A stretch of DNA of 41,081 bases from Candidatus Altiarchaeota archaeon (GCA_043822165.1 JBDRCA010000012.1:1-41081); one strand, 5' to 3'; numbered from the stretch's first letter, positions 28,801 through 35,600 are shown. Numbers and translations are program-made. Notes: generated from the letters alone by a model not told the origin.

Positions 28801-30262
28801 TCTGCTGGACGTTCCCTCCCCGGGATACACGAACGGGGAATACTACAGCCTCGACTGGTCCATGTTCAAGCACAACCCATCTCGCACGGCAGTAACCCCT
28901 GAAAACATGTCCTGGCGGCTGATACAGAAATGGAACCTCTCAATCGGCGACAAAGTCCGCTCATCCCCCGCAATCGTTGAAGGAGTCGTCTACTCAGCAT
29001 CCTGGAACGGGAGCATCTACGCCCTAAACTATTCGAACGGCAGCGTAATCTGGAATACTTCAGTTGGCTCATCAGTATCCTCTTCTCCTTCAGTGTCAGA
29101 GGGTCTTTTATATGTGGCCCGCTTCGGCGTGTCGACTGGAATACTATACTGTATGAATGCCTCCACTGGAGCCCACGTATGGAACATATCCTTTGCAGGA
29201 GAGATAGAGTCCTCACCGCTCGTCCAGTCAGAGATACTATACATCGGAGTAAACGACGGAAGACTATACGCGATAAACGCATCCACTGGAGCCCACATAT
29301 GGAATTACTCTGTGTCGTCTCCAGTCCGCTCGTCTCCCGCATTCAAGAACGGGGTGATTTATTTCGGAGCCAACAACATGAGGCTTTACGCACTTGACGC
29401 GTTAACGGGTTCCGAGTCATTCAACTACACGACATCCGGTATAGTCTATTCCACGCCTGCGGTTTCCGGGGAAACAGTAGTATTCGGTTCATACGACAAC
29501 AGGGTCTACGCTTTAAACACGTCATCTGGCGCTCAAATCTGGAATGCGTCGACTTCCGAGGGAGTATGGTCCTCGCCTGCGATATCCGATGACGTAGTAT
29601 ACATCGGCTCAAACGACAAGAAACTCTATGCCCTCAACTTATCCTCTGGCGCCCACATATGGAATGCAACGACCGGCGACGATATAGTATCCTCCCCCGC
29701 CGTCTCAGGCCAGTTCGTTTTCGCCTCCTCAAAAGACGAGATACTGCGGGCCTACAACAAGTCATCGGGAGCTCAGCTTTGGAGCGCTCACCTTGCCGAT
29801 AAGATTCTGTCTTCGCCCGCAGTCTCTGTTGGGATGGTTTTCGTGGGGGCTGAAGACGGGAGAATCTACGCGTTCGGCTTGTTTAATGACACAGACGCCC
29901 CGAACATAACTCTTCTCTCTCCGGAAAACAACTCGCTTGACTTGGACGGGGAACTCTCCTTCCTATACAGTGTAGTCGATGAAGGCTCAAACATCACGAA
30001 CTGCTCTCTCTACTTGGACGGCTTGTTAAACGACACGTCCTCTAACATAACAGAGGATACGAACCAGTCATTCAGTGCTTCGGTTCCTTTAAACGGCACA
30101 CACAACTGGAGCGTCTCGTGCACGGACACGTGGGATGATCCCAACACGGGTGTTAGCGACACGTGGTTTTTCAACGTTTCAATCCAGCTGACATTCAGCT
30201 TCTGGGAAGACATAATCCTTGGGTGGAACCTTATATCACTCCCCCTAAATGTAACAGGATAA
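25898..30262 (+). CDS. Secreted M6-family (immune inhibitor A-like) metalloprotease fused to a CARDB-like module, lamin-tail domain (LTD) and 8-blade PQQ-like beta-propeller
   Basis: 1454-aa ORF. Signal peptide MKEKTRFAAALTLLLILPAISCAAP. M6 features KVLVLLINFTDNP and HEAGHDFGDLPDLYD (26831-26875). LTD is VVLNEVNAYSDWIELFNRGETSVNLSSWII...VRLFDRDGNLVDNVSY (about 28495-28835). Eight SSPA..G.VY.GS.D..LYALN.S.G..W repeats lie at about 28950-29880. Ends LGWNLISLPLNVTG. Confidence 0.85.
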   Translation: MKEKTRFAAALTLLLILPAISCAAPARPGYVNLTQPDGSVFTARLRGDEYAAWYETSQGYSIVQNQNNWWVMARERDGRLVETFTRADAKASHLLSDIPLHARPAGLSPPPGGPYKGPSPSGIREYVNGTVKVLVLLINFTDNPRVNASRYVGPYYNDLLFNHSNNMSMATYYWENSYGIFNVTGGVGGPDKWYTSAQSMAYYGADCSGAGSDDCYGSTTYDMICEAASLANPDVDYSQYDSDSDGYVDYLITVHAGCAQEDSVDCAMANTIWSVRWSIGAPWDLCGTTFDGKKIRSGTILAESSPMGTFGHEAGHDFGDLPDLYDIDYSSEGIGNWGMMSGGSWNGPGSQAGEFPAHFCAWSKYYMGWVNPTLISSPLFDEELEAVETYPDFYQIMIPLSDTPSHPSSGGQKEYFLVENRQQVGFDAYIPGSGVLIWHVDDNQVRIEDNSFNKYDSDRGVDLEEADQATQANNGLDGSSYYGTGDRGVAADAWKANDAGFTDSTTPNSKSKAGAATYINITNISASGLVMTADFLGNGTTIHGTVLLSSGNVSPQSGFTDETFNYTVSYRSGNDSVPSYVNVSIDGSSYAMNESDPSDARFIDGKDYYYQTYLGVGVHNFSFTASDGVSTNSTEVYDSPNVTVRPGYVTASLIYPNASVNFTRNDISNVTAQVTCLGGDCGNVTATINSSSGIIPEDSGSPFYTVDANPRYPANLSCLVNLTENSSCNVTWNINSTGGHDTVHDLQVFFETAFFSNTTEQVSVRIYSLTPFISNPHPSNNTLFGPYTASFYLNVTTHVTSVCRLSNTSGIPYDNMTSSFNQTNSTSHSTTITGLSNNQTLNLYLKCRSTQGYANSVDYPLEYRVAAPVVVLNEVNAYSDWIELFNRGETSVNLSSWIIEHVWGANSVNVTLNETITTYIVASIALNDIVGQVRLFDRDGNLVDNVSYVNLTDNVSYGRQRDGETPWVLLDVPSPGYTNGEYYSLDWSMFKHNPSRTAVTPENMSWRLIQKWNLSIGDKVRSSPAIVEGVVYSASWNGSIYALNYSNGSVIWNTSVGSSVSSSPSVSEGLLYVARFGVSTGILYCMNASTGAHVWNISFAGEIESSPLVQSEILYIGVNDGRLYAINASTGAHIWNYSVSSPVRSSPAFKNGVIYFGANNMRLYALDALTGSESFNYTTSGIVYSTPAVSGETVVFGSYDNRVYALNTSSGAQIWNASTSEGVWSSPAISDDVVYIGSNDKKLYALNLSSGAHIWNATTGDDIVSSPAVSGQFVFASSKDEILRAYNKSSGAQLWSAHLADKILSSPAVSVGMVFVGAEDGRIYAFGLFNDTDAPNITLLSPENNSLDLDGELSFLYSVVDEGSNITNCSLYLDGLLNDTSSNITEDTNQSFSASVPLNGTHNWSVSCTDTWDDPNTGVSDTWFFNVSIQLTFSFWEDIILGWNLISLPLNVTG
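28950..29880 (+). repeat. Eight tandem roughly 40-codon PQQ-like beta-propeller blades
   Basis: Recurring SSPA(V/I)..G.VY.GS.D..LYALN.S(S/T)GA.IWN. Nucleotide-level echoes include CCACTGGAGCCCACGTATGGAA (about 29164) and CCACTGGAGCCCACATATGGAA (about 29284), 120 nt apart. Confidence 0.8.
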
Positions 30263-30263
30263 G

Positions 30264-31193
30264 TCAGGCGTCTTTGCAGTCTGTTACGCAGGCAAGGTAA
30301 GTCTCGCCAAGCTCAGGCTCGCAGAATCCATTTTCATTGCATCCCACAATCTTTTTTTCGGCTACTATCACGTTGTCTCTCGTCACCACTAGTTTCTCCA
30401 TGCTGGTCCTGTACGGGATCATCAGGGTGTACGCGTCCTTGTTCCTCAATGGCAGATACTCTGCGCAGATTACGGTGCCGTGAGAATTCACAATTGCCGC
30501 CAAGAAGCCTTCGTATTCCTCCAAGGCCTCAGAGGCTCTCCCATAGGTTACGGAAACTTTGTTTATGCTCACGTTCTCCCGAAAGTCCAGCCCGTATCTT
30601 ACTGCCTCCACTTCAAGTATCCTCTGATACATGTCATCTCCAGGTGTAGTGCATTTTTCCAGAGTGGGCTGAAATGGCGGAGAATCTATGCTGCATTCAA
30701 TACAGTCTCCCCCGCAGTCCACGCCAATCTCTCCCAAATCCCACACACTGTTCGTGCACGTTATGTTAACGCACTCTCCCCTGCTACACACTTCACGCTC
30801 CCCCCTGCAAACCCTTGCCATGACTTCTTCCGTCCTGTTAACGCAGGAAGCGTTTGCCTGGCCGGGACTCAAACACGTCGGCTTAAGGCGATCCCTCATA
30901 ACAGAATCACCCTTACAGTATTTCTGCCCAACATACATTGACTTCCCGCAGTCCCCGTCTTTTCCACACGCAGGCTCCACAGGCGAAAAACTCATCTTTA
31001 GCTCTCGCAGGCTAATCGATACCGCATAATTCTCACGCGACTTCAAAAACGTGTATCCCGCTACAGAAAGATAAGCTGCGAGAATCAGAACTGCTAACGC
31101 GATAATCCAGTCTCGCAAAACAATGCCTCCCCCACCATCTAGTGCTATCCTTTCAGGTAACATAAGCCGTAAACACCGGTGAGGCCTGATCAC
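30264..31193 (-). CDS. Cys-rich type-II membrane protein, unknown function
   Basis: 309-aa ORF. The GTG 31193 start overlaps the upstream stop as GTGA; the alternative is ATG 31163 (MLPERIAL...). One TM helix, WIIALAVLILAAYLSVAGYTFL, then an extracellular region with about 22 Cys including ...CVNITCTNSVWDLGEIGVDCGGDCIEC. Confidence 0.6.
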   Translation of the reverse strand: MIRPHRCLRLMLPERIALDGGGGIVLRDWIIALAVLILAAYLSVAGYTFLKSRENYAVSISLRELKMSFSPVEPACGKDGDCGKSMYVGQKYCKGDSVMRDRLKPTCLSPGQANASCVNRTEEVMARVCRGEREVCSRGECVNITCTNSVWDLGEIGVDCGGDCIECSIDSPPFQPTLEKCTTPGDDMYQRILEVEAVRYGLDFRENVSINKVSVTYGRASEALEEYEGFLAAIVNSHGTVICAEYLPLRNKDAYTLMIPYRTSMEKLVVTRDNVIVAEKKIVGCNENGFCEPELGETYLACVTDCKDA

Positions 31194-31456
31194 GCCCTCT
31201 TCTTTTTAGACTGGTCGATAATCCTCGCCGGCTCAAGAGGCAAAACAGCATCGCTTTGGACGAATCTCGGTCCACCCGAGTAAACCTCCCTTTCCGGAGG
31301 CAAATCATTTTTAGACTTCAGCCTCGCAATCTCATCGTCCGTCAGATGCTGGTGCAAGTGAGCGCGCCTCACCACTTCGTCATGCCTAAGATACGGCTTC
31401 TGCGACGGAGACGAGCCGCTTCTGCTCTTGTTCTGCAACTTGCGCTGCTTTGACAT
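31190..31456 (-). CDS. Small basic hypothetical protein (88 aa)
   Basis: Preferred start is ATG 31456 (MSKQRKLQNKSRSGSS...), with an AT-rich TTTATC box about 25-30 nt upstream. Translationally coupled to the Cys-rich membrane protein gene. Confidence 0.4.
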   Translation of the reverse strand: MSKQRKLQNKSRSGSSPSQKPYLRHDEVVRRAHLHQHLTDDEIARLKSKNDLPPEREVYSGGPRFVQSDAVLPLEPARIIDQSKKKRA

Positions 31457-31510
31457 ATTCAATAATAGCATGTTATCCAAGATAAATTCACAACCTCCCA
31501 AATCTATACT

Positions 31511-31759
31511 ATGGTCAAGCGGATTCGCGTAGACCCCGGCAAGAAGGCTCCCTTCAAACCCGATAAAGTAAGCGAGGACGGCCCCGCAGGAACGCCCCCG
31601 TTAACATATCTTGAAAGGCTTAGAATCGAGCTTGAAAAAGACCCAGACACCCGCCTGCCGCAGGGAATGACTCCCGAGTCTCTTGCAAATCTCATAGATA
31701 GCATGAGCAAACGCCAGGAAGCTGAGGCGGATAGGAACCGGCAAAGTAAAAGAAAATAG
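31511..31759 (+). CDS. Small charged hypothetical protein (82 aa)
   Basis: MVKRIRVDPGKKAPFKPDKV...SKRQEAEADRNRQSKRK. More protein-like than the antisense 87-aa ORF 31504..31767. No homology recognised. Confidence 0.35.
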   Translation: MVKRIRVDPGKKAPFKPDKVSEDGPAGTPPLTYLERLRIELEKDPDTRLPQGMTPESLANLIDSMSKRQEAEADRNRQSKRK

Positions 31760-31763
31760 GATG

Positions 31764-32759
31764 TCATGGAATCTTTTCCGAGACTCCGTCTTCTGTTATG
31801 TATCCTGTCACGTATTCTGCAGGCGTTACGTCAAAGGCCTGGTTATAGCACCTCGAAGTCTTCGGCGCAATCTGGATTCTAACCATCTCGCCATTGTCTG
31901 TGAAACCCCACATACCCGAGACCTCTGATTCATCACGCTCCTCAATCGGAATCCCATCGCCCGACGGAAGGTCATAGTGTATTGTGCTGGTGGGTGCAGC
32001 CACGTAAAACGGGATATTATTCTCTCTAGCCAGCACAGCCTTAGTATATGTCCCAATCTTGTTTGCGACATCTCCGTTTCCCGCAATTCTGTCCGCGCCA
32101 ACAATCACGAAATCGACTCTGCCCTCCCTCATAAGGCTTCCCGCCACGTTGTCCGCAATGACAGTATGATCTATTTTCTCCTCGCCTAGCTCCCAGGCGG
32201 TCAATCGAGCGCCCTGGCAGCGGGGCCTGGTCTCGTCCACCCAGACGTGGAACGTTAATCCCTTGTCGCGGGCGACCCGAAACGGGGCAAGCGCCGTTCC
32301 CCAGTCCACGCACGCTATCGCGCCGGCGTTGCAGTGCGTCAGAACGTTCATGCCCTCATCTATCACTTCGGCGCCGTGAACACCAATCATTCGGCAGCGC
32401 TCAGCGCTCTCGTCGGCGTAAGCATCCGCGACTTTGACGGGGTCTCCCTCACCGAAATTATTCTTGAAGTATTCGATTGCGTGGAACAAGTCATAAGCGG
32501 TCGGCCTGCTCGAAGCAAGAACACGTTCAACTTCCGTCATGTCCTCTCCAGCAAGCGCCCCCTGCGCCATCCCGTAAGCCGCGGTAGCCCCGATAGCCGG
32601 AGCACCCCTCACGACCATTGATGTTATCGCGTGGGCGGTATCCATGAAGGTTTCACAGTCGTAAATCCTGAACTCGTGGGGTAGACGCGGCTGATCGATC
32701 AACTTGACTACTCTACCTTCCATCCACACGCTCCTGTAGTCCTTACAGTTTACTTTCAC
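31764..32759 (-). CDS. mtnA: S-methyl-5-thioribose-1-phosphate isomerase (MtnA / aIF-2BI, eIF-2B alpha/beta/delta-like family)
   Basis: 331-aa ORF. LIDQPRLPHE...VRGAPAIGATAAYGMA, THCNAGAIACVDWGTALAP, VDETRPRCQGARLTAWEL and GADRIAGNGDVANKIGTY motifs. Confidence 0.85.
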   Translation of the reverse strand: MKVNCKDYRSVWMEGRVVKLIDQPRLPHEFRIYDCETFMDTAHAITSMVVRGAPAIGATAAYGMAQGALAGEDMTEVERVLASSRPTAYDLFHAIEYFKNNFGEGDPVKVADAYADESAERCRMIGVHGAEVIDEGMNVLTHCNAGAIACVDWGTALAPFRVARDKGLTFHVWVDETRPRCQGARLTAWELGEEKIDHTVIADNVAGSLMREGRVDFVIVGADRIAGNGDVANKIGTYTKAVLARENNIPFYVAAPTSTIHYDLPSGDGIPIEERDESEVSGMWGFTDNGEMVRIQIAPKTSRCYNQAFDVTPAEYVTGYITEDGVSEKIP

Positions 32760-32798
32760 CGTATAATAATAAACGATGAATTAAATAATGTCAGGTAA

Positions 32799-33755
32799 AT
32801 GAAGCTTTTGATACAGTTTTCAGGCGAACACCCTACTCTCCCGTATGCGGAGTTTGAGGGTGTTTTACGCGGTGAAGGCTTAAAACACAAGCTCTTGGAG
32901 GAATACTCTGCCGAGAGGCTGGTGGTAGCCAAAGTAAAGGCTGAACACTCATCATTCCTAACTCGTCTTGCTCTCGCAAGAAGAGTGTGCAGTTACGTCG
33001 GATCGTCCGCAGACCTTGACGTTTTGGCGGATAACCTCTATCCGCTTCTTAACGGCGGCTCATTCAAGGTTTCGTGCAAGAGTATGCGTGTCTCAGAAAG
33101 GCTCGGAGGCATCCTGCACGGACGGGGGCTTCGCGTTGACGTGCACGCTCCGGACGCGGTCGTCGAGGTTTTCCTGGCAGACCGAAAATTCCACGCGGGA
33201 ATAAGGATTCCCTTAAACCAGGACTTCGAGAAGCGCAAACCCCAGCATCGCCCCTTCTTCCACCCAACGAGCATGCACCCCAAATTCGCCCGCGCACTCG
33301 TGAACCTGGCGGAAGTAAAAGCGGGAGAAACGCTTCTGGACCCTTTCTGTGGGACGGGTGGCATACTCATTGAGGCAGGCCTTATGGGCGTGAACGTCGC
33401 CGGCCTTGACATAGACGAGAAAATGGTCGAAGGCTGCAAAAAAAACTTGGACAAATACAAAATAAAAGGAGACATCCAAAAAGGAGACGCGCGCTCCTCA
33501 GTCTTTCAAGCAGACGCCATAGCAACGGACCCACCGTACGGGCGCTCATCATTCGTCTCAGGAAAAGACCCCATAAGCCTCTATGTTGAGTTCATTGAAA
33601 ACGCGGCAAAGCATATTTCTCCCGGACGCTGCATGGTCCTGATGGCTCCCCAACACTACGACCTAGACTTCCCCGGCTTAGACGAGAAAGCCCACATAGA
33701 CCTTCGAATGCACAAAAGCCTCACCCGCAGGATATGGGTTCTCACAAAAAAATAG
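32799..33755 (+). CDS. trm11: THUMP-domain tRNA (guanine10-N2)-methyltransferase (Trm11 / Trm-G10)
   Basis: 318-aa ORF. N-terminal THUMP-like region. SAM motif I LDPFCGTGGILIEAGLMG. Catalytic DPPYGRSS. Confidence 0.8.
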   Translation: MKLLIQFSGEHPTLPYAEFEGVLRGEGLKHKLLEEYSAERLVVAKVKAEHSSFLTRLALARRVCSYVGSSADLDVLADNLYPLLNGGSFKVSCKSMRVSERLGGILHGRGLRVDVHAPDAVVEVFLADRKFHAGIRIPLNQDFEKRKPQHRPFFHPTSMHPKFARALVNLAEVKAGETLLDPFCGTGGILIEAGLMGVNVAGLDIDEKMVEGCKKNLDKYKIKGDIQKGDARSSVFQADAIATDPPYGRSSFVSGKDPISLYVEFIENAAKHISPGRCMVLMAPQHYDLDFPGLDEKAHIDLRMHKSLTRRIWVLTKK

Positions 33756-33788
33756 TCTTTTTTCTTAACAAAGCCTCTATAATTTAAC

Positions 33789-34769
33789 ATGGTCTGGGGT
33801 CCGCCGAAACTAAGAGAGCTACGTCTTTTCGAGGGCGAGAAAATCTCAATGGTGTTAACGCCGCACCCACTAGCATTCTACGGCATGCACATGCTCTGGA
33901 TTTACGTGATAGTGTTGTCTGCAATATTCTTCATAGTAAGCGATTTCATAGTCGACTACATGGGTCCAGGAGACCAAGGCTTCGCATTAAGCCTCCTGGG
34001 AAAATCAGATTCTCCCCTGGTTGCCAAGGCCCCCATAATAAACGTTTTCGCCTCCGTTCTGGATAGCATGCTAAGCGGCACAATATCCTTTTCCGTGCGC
34101 TACGGCATCGTATTCATCTGGTTTGCTCTTCTCTTCACGCCGTCTGTTGGATTGTCTGTTATGCGGGTCTCCTGGAAGTGGATGGCTTACGTGCTCTTTA
34201 CGGGTTTAGTCAGCATCGGGGTTCCCCTGGTATCTGGTTTGGATGAGAAGATGGTTTACGTGTTTGCCTCCTTGTTCGGTTTGCTGGGGATGATCGCAGT
34301 CGACCTTTACAGGCGCGGACACCACTATATCGTGACGAACTACCGGCTTATAACCGACGTGCGCTTCATCTACAATATCCGGGACGACATAAGCTACGAT
34401 AAGATTAACAATCTAGTCATGAATCAGTCCCTCTTCGGGAGATTGTTCGACTTTGGGACGCTTATGCCGTTGACTGCTTCCGGGCTCGGCATGGGTAGCG
34501 ATTTCGCGGCTGTGACAGTAGGAGCCGGGAAGCCGCTTTCTTCCGGCGTCCTTGTGGGCGGTGCCTTGACTGGGGGACGCAGCGTCAACTTTCCAAGAGA
34601 TATGTCTCAGTTTTCTCTTGTTGGGGTGCGCCACCCGAGGCAGGTTGTGGACCTGGTTTCGGAGTACGTGCACCTTGACAATGAATCTACCTACCTCAAA
34701 GACATATCCTCTGATATGAGAGAAATGCTCGGTGAAGTAAAAAAGAAGAGTAAACGTAAAAAAAGTTAG
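33789..34769 (+). CDS. Membrane protein with bacterial-PH (bPH_2 / YdbT-like) domain
   Basis: 326-aa ORF with several TM helices. HHYIVTNYRLITDVRFIYNIRDDISYDKINNLVMNQSLFGRLFDFGTL matches the bPH domain pattern. Lys-rich tail. Confidence 0.6.
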   Translation: MVWGPPKLRELRLFEGEKISMVLTPHPLAFYGMHMLWIYVIVLSAIFFIVSDFIVDYMGPGDQGFALSLLGKSDSPLVAKAPIINVFASVLDSMLSGTISFSVRYGIVFIWFALLFTPSVGLSVMRVSWKWMAYVLFTGLVSIGVPLVSGLDEKMVYVFASLFGLLGMIAVDLYRRGHHYIVTNYRLITDVRFIYNIRDDISYDKINNLVMNQSLFGRLFDFGTLMPLTASGLGMGSDFAAVTVGAGKPLSSGVLVGGALTGGRSVNFPRDMSQFSLVGVRHPRQVVDLVSEYVHLDNESTYLKDISSDMREMLGEVKKKSKRKKS

Positions 34770-35257
34770 TTTTCTTTTTTCAGTATTTTGGGCTGTATTC
34801 TCTGGCTGTTTTTCAGTATTTTGGGGTGTATCACTTGACTGAATTTTATGATTTCATGTAGGGGGTAGATTGTTACGGGATATTTACCAACCTTTCCTAG
34901 GAATTCTTCTAAGTTCTCGTGGCTTTCAGAGTTGGGTACAACAACTTGGACTATTATTTTGCCGTCTAAGGTCCTGAATATTTTTTGCGCTTCATCAAGT
35001 TTCTCTATGCTTTTTGCTAGTTTCTTGGATTCGCTTGGTGGCGTGTGGATGATTATGTAACTCATATCGAGTCCGTTTTCATTGGGGTCAAGTATTGCAG
35101 AGAATTTTTTTATTACTCCTCTGTCGATTAGTTTGTTGACGCGCGAGCAAATGGTTGTGTGGGGTATGTCCAGTTCCCCCCCAAGTTTACGCAGGCTAAT
35201 TCTAGCATCGTCTTGCATGTGTTCCATAATCTGGATGTCTAGTTCGTCAATTTTCAT
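34766..35257 (-). CDS. Lrp/AsnC-family transcriptional regulator
   Basis: 163-aa ORF. HTH MKIDELDIQIMEHMQDDARISLRKLGGELDIPHTTICSRVNKLIDRGVIKKF followed by a RAM-like alpha/beta domain. Noticeably lower GC than its neighbours. A TTTTTAAATA box lies on its strand at about 35286-35296. Confidence 0.85.
   Translation of the reverse strand: MKIDELDIQIMEHMQDDARISLRKLGGELDIPHTTICSRVNKLIDRGVIKKFSAILDPNENGLDMSYIIIHTPPSESKKLAKSIEKLDEAQKIFRTLDGKIIVQVVVPNSESHENLEEFLGKVGKYPVTIYPLHEIIKFSQVIHPKILKNSQRIQPKILKKEN
34777..34831. repeat. 33-bp tandem duplication at the 3' end of the Lrp gene
   Basis: TTTTCAGTATTTTGGGCTGTAT (34777-34798) and TTTTCAGTATTTTGGGGTGTAT (34810-34831) differ at 1 of 22 positions with a 33-nt period. 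They encode the duplicated tail HPKILKNSQR / IQPKILKKEN. Confidence 0.8.
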
Positions 35258-35300
35258 GTTAAGGTGATATTACTACGGCAGTTTCTATTTAAAAACCACA

Positions 35301-35322
35301 TTATAATATTATAATATTATAA
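35301..35322. promoter_or_regulatory. Perfect 22-bp AT palindrome TTATAATATTATAATATTATAA (two overlapping TATAATATTATA 12-mers), box 1
   Basis: Self-complementary, checked by hand. Lies just upstream of the Lrp-gene TATA-like box. Built from the octamer TTATAATA. Confidence 0.6.
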
Positions 35323-35401
35323 CTTCAATGTCACTCTAAGGCTGATACTATTAACCAATATTGGGCTGCCCACACAGTATTCTATTAGTGATTAAGACCC
35401 A

Positions 35402-35416
35402 ATGCAATTTTTGCAT
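35402..35416. promoter_or_regulatory. 15-bp palindrome ATGCAA-TTT-TTGCAT
   Basis: Perfect 6-bp inverted arms. A further TTGCAT half-site lies at 35442-35447. Confidence 0.45.
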
Positions 35417-35426
35417 ATTGTACAAT

Positions 35427-35438
35427 TATAATATTATA
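35427..35438. promoter_or_regulatory. Palindromic 12-mer TATAATATTATA, box 2
   Basis: Exact copy of the 12-mer found in boxes 1 and 3. Confidence 0.55.
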
Positions 35439-35493
35439 TTTTTGCATGTAATTCATCAATACTTATGATAAAATATTCTTTATTGTATATCGT

Positions 35494-35515
35494 ATAATTA
35501 TAATATTATAATATT
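35494..35515. promoter_or_regulatory. ATAATTATAATATTATAATATT, box 3 (contains TATAATATTATA at 35499-35510)
   Basis: Third cluster of the TTATAATA-type octamer repeat, 257 nt upstream of the giant ORF start. Confidence 0.55.
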
Positions 35516-35554
35516 GAACATAGTCCATTTTTAAAGGCTTATTGTCATACTATA

Positions 35555-35600
35555 TAATCTCATACGGGAGCCTTGTAAGGGGGTTAATCTCGTACGAGAG
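35555..35600 (+). repeat. Two 16-nt direct repeats TAATCTC(A/G)TACG(G/A)GAG, 30 nt apart, in the giant-gene leader
   Basis: 35555-35570 and 35585-35600 match at 14 of 16 positions. The second contains the perfect palindrome CTCGTACGAG. A TATATAAT box overlaps at 35551-35558. Confidence 0.6.

Noticed and set aside
31504-31767. 87-aa minus-strand ORF antisense to the 82-aa + ORF.
   Set aside because: Its composition (Leu/Ser/Arg/Cys-rich) is less protein-like than the + strand reading, and it would overlap the mtnA 3' end. Both calls remain low-confidence.
35301-35515. AT-rich palindromic boxes as MITE termini or as a replication origin (ORB/DUE).
   Set aside because: No target-site duplication flanks the boxes and no second copy exists in the window. 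There are no ORB/mini-ORB-like sequences (G-string or TTCCA-type repeats) and no adjacent orc1/cdc6. Position between a regulator and its likely target favours operators or promoters. An origin cannot be fully excluded without skew or marker-frequency data.
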